From Eledone cirrhosa (lineage: Eukaryota): 64,000 bases of DNA. The notes beneath the pieces were generated by a model, which saw only the letters and a list, made by a program, of their open reading frames with translations, had not been told where the DNA came from and did not search any database. The DNA lies in assembly GCA_964016885.1 (NCBI GenBank), contig OZ024747.1, forward strand, positions 88,970,001 to 89,034,000. Reading direction: 5' to 3'. Positions 11,862 to 23,650 of the stretch are shown here, in pieces; the first letter of the stretch is position 1; each line of letters starts with the position of its first letter. The position numbers were made by a program, and so were the translations under genes.

Positions 11862-14527
11862 ATCATCATCATCATTTTACGTCCGCTTTTCCCTGCTTGC
11901 AAGGGTGGGACGGGTCTTATTCAGCACAGCATCTCTCCACTCGTCACGGTCCCTCGTCATCTCCACCATGAGCTTCAATGATCTGAGGTCTGTTCTCACC
12001 ACTTTTCGTGGTCTACCTCTACCACGTCTTCCTTCAACTGGCATTTCCTGGCACTTCTTCAACCATCGGTCATCCTCCATGCGCATCACATGTCCATACC
12101 ACCTCAGTCTCCTCTTCCGTACACTACATTCTATCCCTCTCAACACATTTATGCTGGGTCGTTCACGCACATTTACACTGCACATCCAACGGAGCATGCT
12201 TGCCTCATTTCTCTCCAGCCGTCGCATATCCTCTGCAGTTGCTGCCCATGTCTCACTACCACGCAGCATCGCGCTCCTCACACAGGCATCATACAACCGG
12301 CCTTTCGTACGCAGGGAGAAACCCTTCTTCATCAACAGAGGAAGCAGCTCCCTAAACTTCTTCCAACCCGTCCTTATTCTAGATACTATGGCCTCGGAAC
12401 ACCCTCCTCCCATGCTAATCTGATCTAGGTACCGGAAGCTATCCACCACTTCTATAGCGCCCTCCTGCATCTGAAAAATGTGTCTATCAATGCAACTTCT
12501 ACTGTCTAATTTCCCTGTACATCTACTGCATACATATTTCTCCCTACCTGTTAGTTTGCCTGCTATCCCGCTACATCTCTTGTGTACCCAGGATCTGCAT
12601 TGTGTGCATTTTATAGAATTTATGCCAGTTCCTTTTCTGCATATCGAACATGGCCATTTCCCTGACGGAATCAGGGTTTTGTCCTCTTTTCTACTCATCA
12701 ACACTTTTGTCTTAGCTAGGTTCACTCTCAGTCCTCTTGCTTCCAACTGCTGTTTCCATAGCCAGAATTTATTCTCTAGCTCCTCTACTGATTCTGCTAT
12801 AAGAACCAGATCGTCAGCATAGAGAAGTTCCCATGGACAGCCAGTCTTAAACTCCTCTGTTATGGCTTGGAGGACTATAATGAACAAGAGCGGGCTGAGG
12901 ACCGAACCTTGATGTACTCCTACTTATATCTGGAATTCCTCACTAAACTCCATTCCTACCCTGACTTTACTGAGAGTACCTCTGTACAAAGTTTGCACTG
13001 TCCTCATAAGATATTCCACAACACCTAGCTTCCTTAGGGACCACCAGATGACAGATCGGGGTACCCTATCAAAGGCCTTCTCTAGGTCAACAAAGGCTAA
13101 GTATAGTGGCTTTATTTTTCTCTAAGAACCTCTCTTGCAATTGTCTCACCAAGAAGAGAGCATCTGTTGTACTCTTCCCAGGCACAAAATCAAACTGCAT
13201 CTCATCTAGTTTGACGCTTTCTCCAATTAGTTGTGCTAATATCCTTTCTGCCACTTTCATAACCTGATCCATCAGTTTTATACCCCTATAATTGCTCCTC
13301 TCCAGAGCATCCCCTTTACCTTTGTAGCAATTTATGAGAATACTGCTGCACCAGTCTTTGGGTATGACACCACCATATATAGCCTGATTGATGATGCGTG
13401 CAACCAGTTTAGTGCCTACGTCCCCTGATGCCTTCAGCATCTCAGCAACTATTCCCGATGGTCCAGCAGCCTTACCATTTTTCATTTCCCTAATCGCCTC
13501 TTGGACCCTATATTCGTTAATCTCAATAGCTGGTCCCTCTGTCGGATCTACTAAGGGTAATTTCTCTCTCTCCCATTCGTTCTCCACATTCATCAGTCTC
13601 TCATAATGACATTTCCAGGCCTCCTTTTTCTGATCATTCGTGACACTAAGTACAGCGGCATCATCCCGACACATTTATCTCCAACAACATCCTGATTTGC
13701 ATTGACACACTACCTTGCAATGTAGAACACCGCACCCCTCTGATCTTCTCCCCGTCGCAGAACATTGGCAAACCTCCTACTCTCCGCCTCCCTGCGTGCT
13801 AAGTACACCTGACGTCTAGCTTCTCTCTTAGTGGCTGTATATTCTTCCCTACTCCAACCTTTTTTCCAAGCCTTCCATGCTAGTCTTTTGTCTCTAATGG
13901 CCTTATCTACTGTGCTGTTCCACCACCAGGTCACTCTCTGTCTGGTTGGAGCTCTGCTCCAGCCACAAGTTTCATCAGTAGCCTGCAGCAAGTTGTCACG
14001 TTAGAAATTCCACTTATTATCTATGTCATGCGTCTCTAAATAGACTTCTTTTTCGTCATATACATCTTGAAGGGCTTTCCTAAATTTGTATTTTAATGAA
14101 AGGTCTTTTAGCTTCCAGACCTTTCTTCGCCACACCTTCCTGTATGTCTCATTCCATCTCTTGCTTGCTGAGATATCACTAACGACTAACCTATGCTGTG
14201 GGGTACATTCTTCCCCAGGGTATGCCTTGGTATTAGACACTATCTGCCTGTCCCGCTGCCTAACTAGTAAGAAGTCAATCAGGCTTATGTGCTCACCAGA
14301 TTTGTAGGTTATTAGGTGATTGGCAGGTTTCTGGAAGTTTGTGTTGCAAATAGTCAATGTACCTGCATCACAAAATTCAAGAAGTCTCACTCCTTCTTCA
14401 TTTCTTGAGCCGTAACCGTGCCCACCATGTACCCCAGTGTAACCATCCTGGAGCTGTCCAACATGACCATTGAAGTCTCCTGCTAGCATAACGATGTCTC
14501 CGTCCTCTGTCATTGCGGTTGTCACGT
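11862..14527 (-). mobile_element. RTE-clade non-LTR retrotransposon, 5'-truncated and disrupted
   Basis: APE endonuclease motifs (GDFNGHVG, IDFLLVR, QHRLVV), RT motifs (NYRGIKLM, YADD) and C-terminal LRWYGHVMRM. Several frameshifts and stops; (ATG)n tail running into (TA)n. Confidence 0.95.
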
Positions 14528-15115
14528 AAAAAATTCCAGTTATGTATATATATATGTGTGTATATATATATATATAAATATATATATCTTTTCAGGTTAC
14601 CTTGAAACCTGTGTAGAGCATCAACCCCTTTTTTCAGATGGGTGGGGGTGGGGGGTTATTTAATTGCTCATTTATTCAATCTATCAATTTATATGAAAAA
14701 AAAAAAAGTTACTTTTCAACACTGAAATATTTCCTGATTATGAAAAATTAACCGAATCTTTATAATGTTATAGTGTAAAAAAGAAGAGAAATACTGCTGA
14801 CAATATCACTGTTACCATCACCACCATTGGTTTTATGTCCCTTTTCCATACTAACATAAGTTGAACAAATCTGCAATACAACAACTAGTCAAATGTCTCC
14901 ATCCCTAATATAGATACTTACGAGGGTTAAGCTGAAAAGTTCAGGAGACTATGTTGAAAAATAAACCTCATTTGGTCACATTCCATGAGAGTATCTTGGT
15001 CAACATATAAACCTTCCAGCCAACCTTTGTATCATTCAAAGATATTTGCTCTTTGAGCTTCAGAATTCATTAAATGCGTCAACATTCTTTGATAAACCAT
15101 AATTTCCTCTTGTCT

Positions 15116-15447
15116 CATTTCATTTCATTTCATTTTACGTCCGCTTTTTCTCTGCTTGCAAGGGTGGGACGGGAACTGATTCTGGCTTGATTTCTACAGC
15201 TGGATGCCCTTCCTAACACCAACCTCATTTACAGTGAGTGCTGGGTGCTTTTTTGCCATGGCACCTCCACAACCACTTTGCAGTGGAATGATATGGACCC
15301 CAGTCCCAATCATCTCATTTCTACAGTTGAGTAAACTAGAGCAATGTAAAATAAAGTGTCTTGCTCAAGGAAACAACACATCACCTGGTCTGAGAATTGA
15401 ACTCACAACCTTTCGATTGCAAGGCCAATGCTCTAACCACTAAGCCA
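15116..15447 (-). mobile_element. tRNA-derived SINE family A with an RTE-derived 3' tail
   Basis: tRNA-like head with A/B boxes (tggcttagtggttagagc...gagttcaattc) and 3' end ccacccttgcaagcag..aaaagcggacgtaaaatg shared with the RTE LINE. Near-identical copies at 50555-50893 (-), 58311-58658 (+) and 61320-61713 (-). Confidence 0.85.
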
Positions 15448-15665
15448 TTATTTTATTTTCTATTTACTTATTGTTTTAGAAACATTTAATCTTCACACTG
15501 TCATAGGAGGCAACTAAATGGGTTGGCATCAGGAAGAGCACATGACTGTAAAACACTCTCAAAACATCCAATCTAACCCATGCCAGTAAGGCAAAGTGGA
15601 TGTAAAAACAAAGACAAAAACTATAGTATTATATTTGGATTCTTGTATGATAAGATTTATCTCAC

Positions 15666-15812
15666 CCTGTTTGAATTTGCTCTTGTGTTCCATATTCGGA
15701 TGATGGAATCACGTCCAGCTGAGTACAGTCGGTGGAGGACGGGATCATACTGCAAAGCATTAACACCAGAACGGTGATAACGTTCCACTTCATCTCTGAT
15801 TACAAAAGAAAC
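15666..15812 (-). CDS. WDR48: WD repeat-containing protein 48 (UAF1), coding exon (probable exon 2)
   Basis: Minus-strand translation [49 protein letters not shown] matches the WDR48 N-terminus. Boundaries ttctag| and |gtgag; 147 bp, phase 0/0. Confidence 0.95.
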
Positions 15813-16081
15813 CTAGAATAGAAGAAATAAAAACATCAAACAGAAATCAACAAGTAAATATCAGGTTTAACCCTCTTGATACCAAACTAGCCAAAACCAA
15901 CTCTGGTTCTATGATATAAAACCACTCATTTTAAAGGGTTCCTGTTTAAATTAAAAGCTTCCAACAATTTCATATAAGAATAATGTGATGTCAACATGAA
16001 TGGACCTGTTATTTTTATCTAAAGACATTTTTTCCAATTCCAACCCGAAAGTCCCTGCAATCTATCTTATTGCTCATTCTT

Positions 16082-16117
16082 TCTTCTGATGAAGGACTAG
16101 CATTCGAAACATCAAGA
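16082..16117 (+). ncRNA. Degenerate minimal type I hammerhead ribozyme motif (Penelope-like)
   Basis: tctt-CTGATGA-aggactagcattc-GAAAC-ATC-aaga. 4-bp stem I; stem III was probably ACGT decayed by CpG deamination. The surrounding segment runs into (TA)n at ~16205. Confidence 0.45.
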
Positions 16118-16201
16118 CCCTCTTCCTACTATTTCAAGTGTTAACGTAATATATTCCTTCCATATACTGTACCGATTGTGTTGTTATTTCAGTTTACCTT
16201 T

Positions 16202-16233
<32 letters not shown>

Positions 16234-16516
16234 CTGTCTCACACAGTTAAAGTGGTTGGTGTTAAGAAGGGCATCCAGCTGTAAAAAACCCGGCCAAATT
16301 TAGTCTCGTCAGAGCAAGGTATGGTATAGCCAATCCTGGCCAGACTTGTCTCTTGACACGGAAAATGAAAAAATGGACGTTAAACGGTGACACAATATGA
16401 CAAAAGACCAAGATTAACAACTTGCGTTCATTTTGAGCATAGTGCTTCCCTCACCTTACCAAAGATAATATCGAAGTACTCCACTATAATCATCTATATA
16501 ATGTGTGTGTGTGTTG

Positions 16517-17431
16517 TGTTGAACAATGAAAACAAAGACAAAGTTTAGAGCTTAATCAGGTCATTGTTTTACGAACATTTCAGAATGTTGATTGATCATG
16601 ATAAATTGATATAATGACTAATCAATAGTAGTTATGTAACTCCATATTATCAGTCACGATACTATAGATCTTGTAGTGACCTTCATTCCGCGGGCTCACA
16701 TACATTCTCTGTGCGTGATTTGGCTCAGTTCAGCCAATCAGCGCCAGTAGAAGAGGATGTATCCCTACGCACCCTGGGAAAGAAATTCCCCGCGAAGATT
16801 TGAAGAATCTCTCTCTTGTACCGGAAACTTCAAGCCAGCAACATGCATAATGTAACGGTGAGATATTGCACCCTAGCCTCGCCGGCTTAACGACGCAATG
16901 GCACATTCCCTTTTGTAACCTCTTCTTATCTGTAACTTCAACCATATAAGTTAACAAACATTGTTTGTACTACATCAAAAATAAACATACATTTCATCTC
17001 TAATTACTGCTGTTGAAATCATTATTATGTTACTCGTGTCTCAATAACATCTATAATCCATGCTGCTGGAATTGGCGACCTGTCGAAAGGAATATTGAAA
17101 ATAGATGGTAAATAGATCGAGGGACCTTCCCTCACGTCTATGTCAACAAGATAATCCAACGAGGATACTATCACTTACCACACTGGCAACTAACGACTTT
17201 CAATCATCTACCCTGTTAAAGTGGCGACCACTGATTCTACCACCCTGCTAAAATCTCACCATCTTCATCAGAAACAATCTTCTGAGGATGACGGTGAGAT
17301 GGATCTGGAGCATCGAGACTAATAATATGGGATTTAGTTATCATATTTAGTTAGAATATCGATTTATCATGATCGTAAAACAATGAACTGATTAAGCTAT
17401 AAACTTTGTCTTTTGTTTTCATTGTTCAACA
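16517..17431. mobile_element. Foldback element with imperfect terminal inverted repeats (TGTTGAACAATG...CATTGTTCAACA)
   Basis: About 58 bp of clear TIR that extends further with indels. CpG-rich interior; flanked by (TG)n and (GA)n; no TSD visible. Confidence 0.65.
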
Positions 17432-17945
17432 GAGAGAGAGGGAGGGACAGACAGACCCTGTAGCTCGTTTAGAGTGCACATGGAATCCAATATGATGAAA
17501 GCCTGTGGTGTGTATACTCTATTACATGTTCCAGTTGATTGGCTGAGGCTATGCTGAGGCACTGCAACATGTTACAGATTTAAATCCCAGGTTTGATTCC
17601 ACTGCATGTCATCTTGAGCAAGTGTCATTTAACATAACCTCAAGGAGAGCCATGCTTTGTCAGTGAAATTAGGTAAACTGAAACTGTTTGGAAGCCTGTC
17701 AGATGGACTATGCCTGTAATTCAAAGAGTTAGCCATGTCACACACTATGTCACACTGAATCTCCCTGAGAATTACGTCAAGGGTACTCATGTTGGCAGAA
17801 TGCTCAGCCACTTACACATTAATTTCATGAGCAAGCTGCCCCATTGATTGGACAACTGGAACTCATCATTGAAACTAACAAACGGCCATTTCATTCCAGA
17901 CATTTAATTTTTCATACAATGATGAGATGAGAGAGAAGAGGGGGC

Positions 17946-17947
<2 letters not shown>

Positions 17948-18018
<71 letters not shown>
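17948..18018. repeat. (GA)n microsatellite
   Basis: Direct reading. Confidence 0.95.
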
Positions 18019-18020
<2 letters not shown>

Positions 18021-18439
18021 AGCTTACAACTTATTTTTAATATCAATTATACAAAGCCACTATATGAGAGAACAATATAAACTGCATTTAAGTTATACCA
18101 TGCTATGCTTCTGCAACACAGATACTATCAACAAACTGAATTAATGTAATAAGAGTACAAATAAACAATTATAAAATATACAAGAATACATTATTTCTAA
18201 AAGTGTGAGAAGGAGGGTAATTCTCTTGCTATTGACTTACTCCTGATATGATTGTGACAACATCCTTCCCTCTACCCTATCCTAGCCTTCCTAGTTTTCT
18301 GAAGCAGCATCATATAAAACAGTCATATGCTTCCACACAAACAGCATTATTTCAACACAACAAATCAATATACAATAGTAGATCTGCAGCCAATACTTAA
18401 CTAATTTGAGATTCAGAAAATTAAGAGATGAATTGCCAT

Positions 18440-18576
18440 AAATTGGGTGGTGACTTAGGTTAATAGCTAAAATGCAGTAGCTATTATGTATCACCATGAA
18501 AACTAAATTGGGTGGGGACTTAGGTTAATAGTTAAAATGCAGTTGCTATTATGTATCACTATGAAAACTAAATTGG
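18440..18576. repeat. About 65-bp tandem duplication (2 units)
   Basis: aattgggtgg.gacttaggttaatag.taaaatgcagt.gctattatgtatcac.atgaaaact occurs twice. Confidence 0.85.
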
Positions 18577-20171
18577 CTAGTCCTTCATTTAACCCTTTAA
18601 TATTTAAACCAGCCATATCCGGCCAGAATTCTCTCACCTCTTTCTGTTCAAACTGGCAGCTCATACTTATATCAAGGTATTGTTCTCAGAATAAATAATA
18701 TCAAAATCTCATAGATTCGATATTATGTGAGATAAAGCCTTTACCATGAAAATACAATAGTAAATATAGAGTAATGTAAATGCTAAAGGGTTAATCATTT
18801 CCTTTCAAAACAACTATCCACTTTACAAATTATATTGTAGACAAAAGTGAATACGAAGAGCCAAAATGGGTGAATGGATTAAAAGGGCATTGAAATACCA
18901 ACACATATAAAACTGCATGCATTCAACAGTGGCTCTATGCAGCAAGACATTATTTTGAATGGTTCAGTTTATTTAACAGGTAAATTAACTGCAGCAAATC
19001 AACATCCTATTAATCCTTTCGTTACCATATTTCTATGTCTATGATTTTCAAATAATTTTGAAAATATTATCAAGAATTTGTAGGGATTTAGTAATATAAC
19101 TGACTTTCTCATTATTAACTCTTTAGCATTTAAACCGGCCATATCTGGCCAGAATTCTTTTACCTCTTTCTGTTCAAACCAGCTCCTCTTATGTGAAGGT
19201 AGTGTTAAAAAAAAAATAATATCAAAATCTCGTAGATTCAATATTATGTGAGATAATTATGTGAGGTAAAGCCTTTACCATGAGAATATAATAGTAAATA
19301 TAGAGTAATGTAAATGCTAAAGGGTTAAGTTGCTGTTTGGAACATAACTTAAAGGTTCTTTCATAAAATTATGATGGAAGGATTTTAGATATATATAAAC
19401 ACCTTAAAACAAACAGTTATTTATAAAAGAACCAGGGCAAGTTTCAGGTAGTTTGATATCAAAAGAGTTAATATAACTGAAATCAAAATAATTATGTGTC
19501 CAATAGAAGCATTATATTAATTTTTTTTTTTTTTTTGTGTTAATATATTAGTTCCCACATTCTTAAAATGTAATTATTTTTAGTGCACTGAACCAAAGAA
19601 AATATGAGAATAAGTTAATGATGTATTCCTGGAATGTAGATAATTGTAGTCAAGTATTTTGGTTAACCCTTTAGCATTCTCCAGTGAAACACCTTCTCTA
19701 TATTGTCCCCCAAGCAGCCAGCATGTGGTCCCCCATTTGCTCATAATAGTGATAGAAGGGGAGAGTAGGAGAGATGGAGGAAGTGATAGTGGGAGTTTAG
19801 TTCCATTGTGTTCGCACCTGGTGTATATGTATATATTTACCACACCACATTAATATATAACACTGAAAATAGAAGTTGCTATTTTATCACAGTAGCATGG
19901 ATGTCCTTGAATATTTAACTGTTGGAAACTATTATTCATGATATGAACTCAACTGTGATGTGGTAGTGGTGTCTGTACAGAATTGCTTTCTCCAAAGTCT
20001 CAATATGATGCCAGCAAGAAAGTTAACACTTTAACTTTGGTTGATTAGTTTCACATATTAAACTAGACAGTCGGTCACTCTAATTAATGATTTATTTGTT
20101 GTAAACCAGAAGGAAGTGTTCAGCTTATAAGTAACGGTTAATTACTTGTAGTCTTTCCTAGTTTTTTATAA

Positions 20172-20575
20172 AATATGTTGCGAATACAAGTGACCGAAAT
20201 GGGGTTCCTCCGAAAGGCCTTTGGAGTAATGTTACTCAATAGATTGTGTAGCTCGGAGATCAGAGAGTCACTCCAGGTAGAGCCACTACCTCTCTGAATT
20301 AAGAGATCACAGCTCCGATACTATGGACATGTGGTTAGAATGTCTCAGAAAAGAATCGCTTGACAGATATTACAGACAAACCCAACCGACAGGAGACCCA
20401 AGGGTAGACCCCCAAGCAAGATGGTTGGATAACATCCATGAGCTTGGCTGGTCTTGCTTGGGGATCCAGCCGGATCAGTTGGAGACGGTTGCTTCTGACA
20501 GGACCTACTGGAAGGAGTATTTGAGATCTCTTTCCCATGACCCTCTCAGGAATAAGTGAGCTAAGAAGAAGAATT
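20172..20575 (+). mobile_element. RTE-clade LINE 3' fragment (second family)
   Basis: EMGFLRK...RSQLRYYGHVVRMSQ...RWLDNIHEL with an (AAG)n-type tail; related copy at ~48955-49265. Confidence 0.75.
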
Positions 20576-20779
20576 ACTCATAGTCTTTCAGAGTTTTTAT
20601 ATCACGGTTGGTACTTTGTGAAAATGTCTTTTGAGAAGATTTCAGAAACTACATGTAAATATTCAAAACAGAATCTATGTCAGAACTGATATATCCTGTA
20701 ATATTGAGGTTGCTGTGAAGAAACAAGTGGTTATCTATGGTGGAGATCATCTGCAACACGTTATCAAACAAGAAATTCA

Positions 20780-20836
<57 letters not shown>

Positions 20837-21318
20837 TATATAGAGTTATAAACTCAAAATAGTCTTTTACAATTAGTCCCATAAAACCGGCTGCTATTTT
20901 TAGCGGCACGAGTATGGGACGAGCTTGGCGCTGTGACACATGTGCGTTCAACAACACATTTCTCTCAGTCTTCTTAAGAATTTTGAAGTGAAACTTACCA
21001 ATTTCTGGATACCCGCAGAAGAGCACAGGAATAGTAACTTTCACTTAATTGTTGCGAAACAAATTTAAAATTTGTCCGGGTATCACGGCTATTGCCAATA
21101 TAGGTTTGTTTTTATTGATTTATTATTTTAAATCGAGACAGGCAAACCATATTATTTTAATTAGTATTTTTCAATCTAGCTAACTTGATCATTTACAATG
21201 CGAACACATGTATACTTGTATCAGTGTTTATCCCTATCATATATTCATTTGTATATATATATATACATATATACACACACACACTTACACATACATATAC
21301 ATACATACATACACACAG

Positions 21319-21350
<32 letters not shown>

Positions 21351-22925
21351 TGCCCCCTCGTTATCGAGTATGGCCATTGCACGATATACCATTATTAATA
21401 ATTATTAATTAATTCTATGGTGCAATGCCTGTGCGTGAAGATATTTTTTTAAGTGAGGAAAGACTGTGCACTGAACCAATCCCACTCTCTGAGCGACAGT
21501 AGCTATAACCCAAAATAAAGAAAAGATCAACATCATCGGTAACTACTGAGCCGCAGGTTTTATATGGGAGTTATCCCAGTTTCCTGAGTTGCCTTCTCCT
21601 AGAAGAATGCCCTAGAAAGGCTAGGGGTCCTTCACTCCCAGTGGTTTAACTGCCCGATTGGGTGTCCAGCCCGACTACTTCTATGTCCCCGTGCATATAC
21701 ATACACATGCATCCATGTATATATACATATACATACATATTTACACACTTTTGGATGGCCGTTGACTCTTATGAGTTCTTCTGCCCTTTGTCAGGTTTTG
21801 TTTTTTGTCCTGTAGGGTGTCCAAAATCACCCTCCTCACCAAGTAAACTTGGTGGGGTTGCCGGTTTAGCCGCCAACGACCCGACCATGCGACAGGTTGT
21901 ACTGGGTTACATGTTACCAGTAGCACTCAAGAGTGACCCGACATATATACATACATATACATATATATACATATACATATATACATATAAATACATATAT
22001 ATATATATAAAACATTTAAATATAAATTAATATATATGATGAAACACAAATACCAACATATCTGCATTTATATTGCAAAAGAAATTTAGTTAGCCAGAAT
22101 GAAATATACTAATTATAATATTACAGCCTGCCTATATATTAATTTATATTTAAATGTTTTACACGGCTCAGAAATATTTCTTTCTTTGAGCTATTTTCAT
22201 TGTAAAAGAACTCATTACACTTAATATATATATATATATATATACATGCATATATACATATACACACATATAAACACGCACACACACAAACAGTACACTG
22301 ATCAAAACTAATTACAATGTGAGAATTATAGTGATGGGGGTTGGGAGTGTACTTCTTGGTATAATCTATAACAACAAGAGGTATAAAAGTAATCAACATA
22401 TAAATGATTTCTCTCGAATATAAAAAAAAAAAATAATAATACAAGTTACTTGTGGGATATTTTTACTGATAAGTAGCAGATAATATAAGACAAGTTAACA
22501 TAAGAGCACAAGAAATCATTACATCAAGTTTCTTGGGAATACTGTCTAATGTAGAACTCAGATCAAATTTACAATTGGAATAAGTCCATGAAGACTCACA
22601 CAAACATTAGAATGATAGATGAATATTTCAGAGCTATACAAGATACAAAGTTTGCAATGAATAAACCTAGAGTAGAGAAACAATGGATATATATTCTAGA
22701 TATTATCATCATTATCATCATCGTTGTTTTAACTGTTGGCTAACTGGTTCATCCTAATAATCTAAACAAAAGTATAGGTCACATAACTTGATTTGCCAAT
22801 GAAGTAGCTAAAATGTTCTTTTATAAACTCCTTACCAAATAGGAGCTATAAGTTTAAGTCTTACGTTTCTTGGGCGGCATAATTATATTGATATCACAGC
22901 GTTGACATCAATACCTTTTAGATAT

Positions 22926-23231
22926 ACTAGTTTTTTTCAACACACTGACTTGTATGTGTATATGTGTGAGCATGTGTATATATATACATTTATATGTATG
23001 AGTATATAAATATAAACGTGCAAAAAGAGACACACTTACAAAAATACGGACTCACAGACCACATTCACACGACCACATACATACACTCACACACAGCATA
23101 GCAAATGGAACGCCAGCCTTGCTTTGCTATAGTTTTTTCAACATCTCCCTTCCTTTTAGACACATACATTCACGCACGCACACACACACACATTGTGTGA
23201 AGGACGGAAGTCGCTCAAATTTATATATTAG
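22926..23231 (-). mobile_element. Possible non-autonomous Helitron-like element
   Basis: 5' end ctaatatataaatttgagcgacttccgtcc and a putative 3' CTAG. Homologous to 5474-5690 (+, starts TCTATATTTAAATCTGAGC) and to a short piece at ~24694-24727. Confidence 0.4.
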
Positions 23232-23289
23232 TTGAATGAGATCTAACAGTCAAGTCATTATTTAGATCTGGATGAAAGAGAAACACAGC

Positions 23290-23650
23290 TTGTGTGGGTG
23301 GCATAAATGACAGGATGCACCACTGTCATCTTGAAGAAGAGATATCATCTTGCCATCAATCATTGAACACTCTGTTTTACAAGTGACATTCACATTTATG
23401 TTATTCATTGACACATCAACCAAAACTTTCCCTGATAACATCCAAAGAAGGCTCAAGTTCTACAGAGAGCATAGACAACATACCTCGATCCTCTACAGCA
23501 TAAACCGACGAAACTAGACGAGCAAATGCAGTGTTGTTTAGAACAGGGTTTGGCCAAATGTTATTAGCAAGCCGTAATTCTAATGGGCAATAACTTGAGA
23601 ATATAAATAAAGTCTTTTTTGCTGGGTTCAGAGTGCCATAGAAAGACACT
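23290..23650 (-). pseudogene. Transib/RAG1-core-like DDE transposase fragment
   Basis: LFIFSSYCPLEL...IWPNPVLNNTAFARLVSSVYAVEDR, then after a frameshift TECSMIDGKMISLLQDDSGASCHLC. Resembles Transib IWQNPxPSSxxxCRP and TMIDGKxxxAxxxxxSxxxCxxC. Confidence 0.7.

Noticed and set aside
11734-12822. Plus-strand ORFs of 112-229 aa
   Set aside because: Antisense shadows of the RTE ORF.
20631-20780. GGDHLQHVI resembling a Tc1/mariner transposase C-terminus
   Set aside because: A single short motif with no TIR or catalytic residues; insufficient support.
21750-21945. Possible HDV-like ribozyme in a structured repeat (inverted copy at ~31930-32065)
   Set aside because: Could not build the P1/P1.1/P2/P3 pseudoknot by eye; left as an unclassified dispersed repeat.
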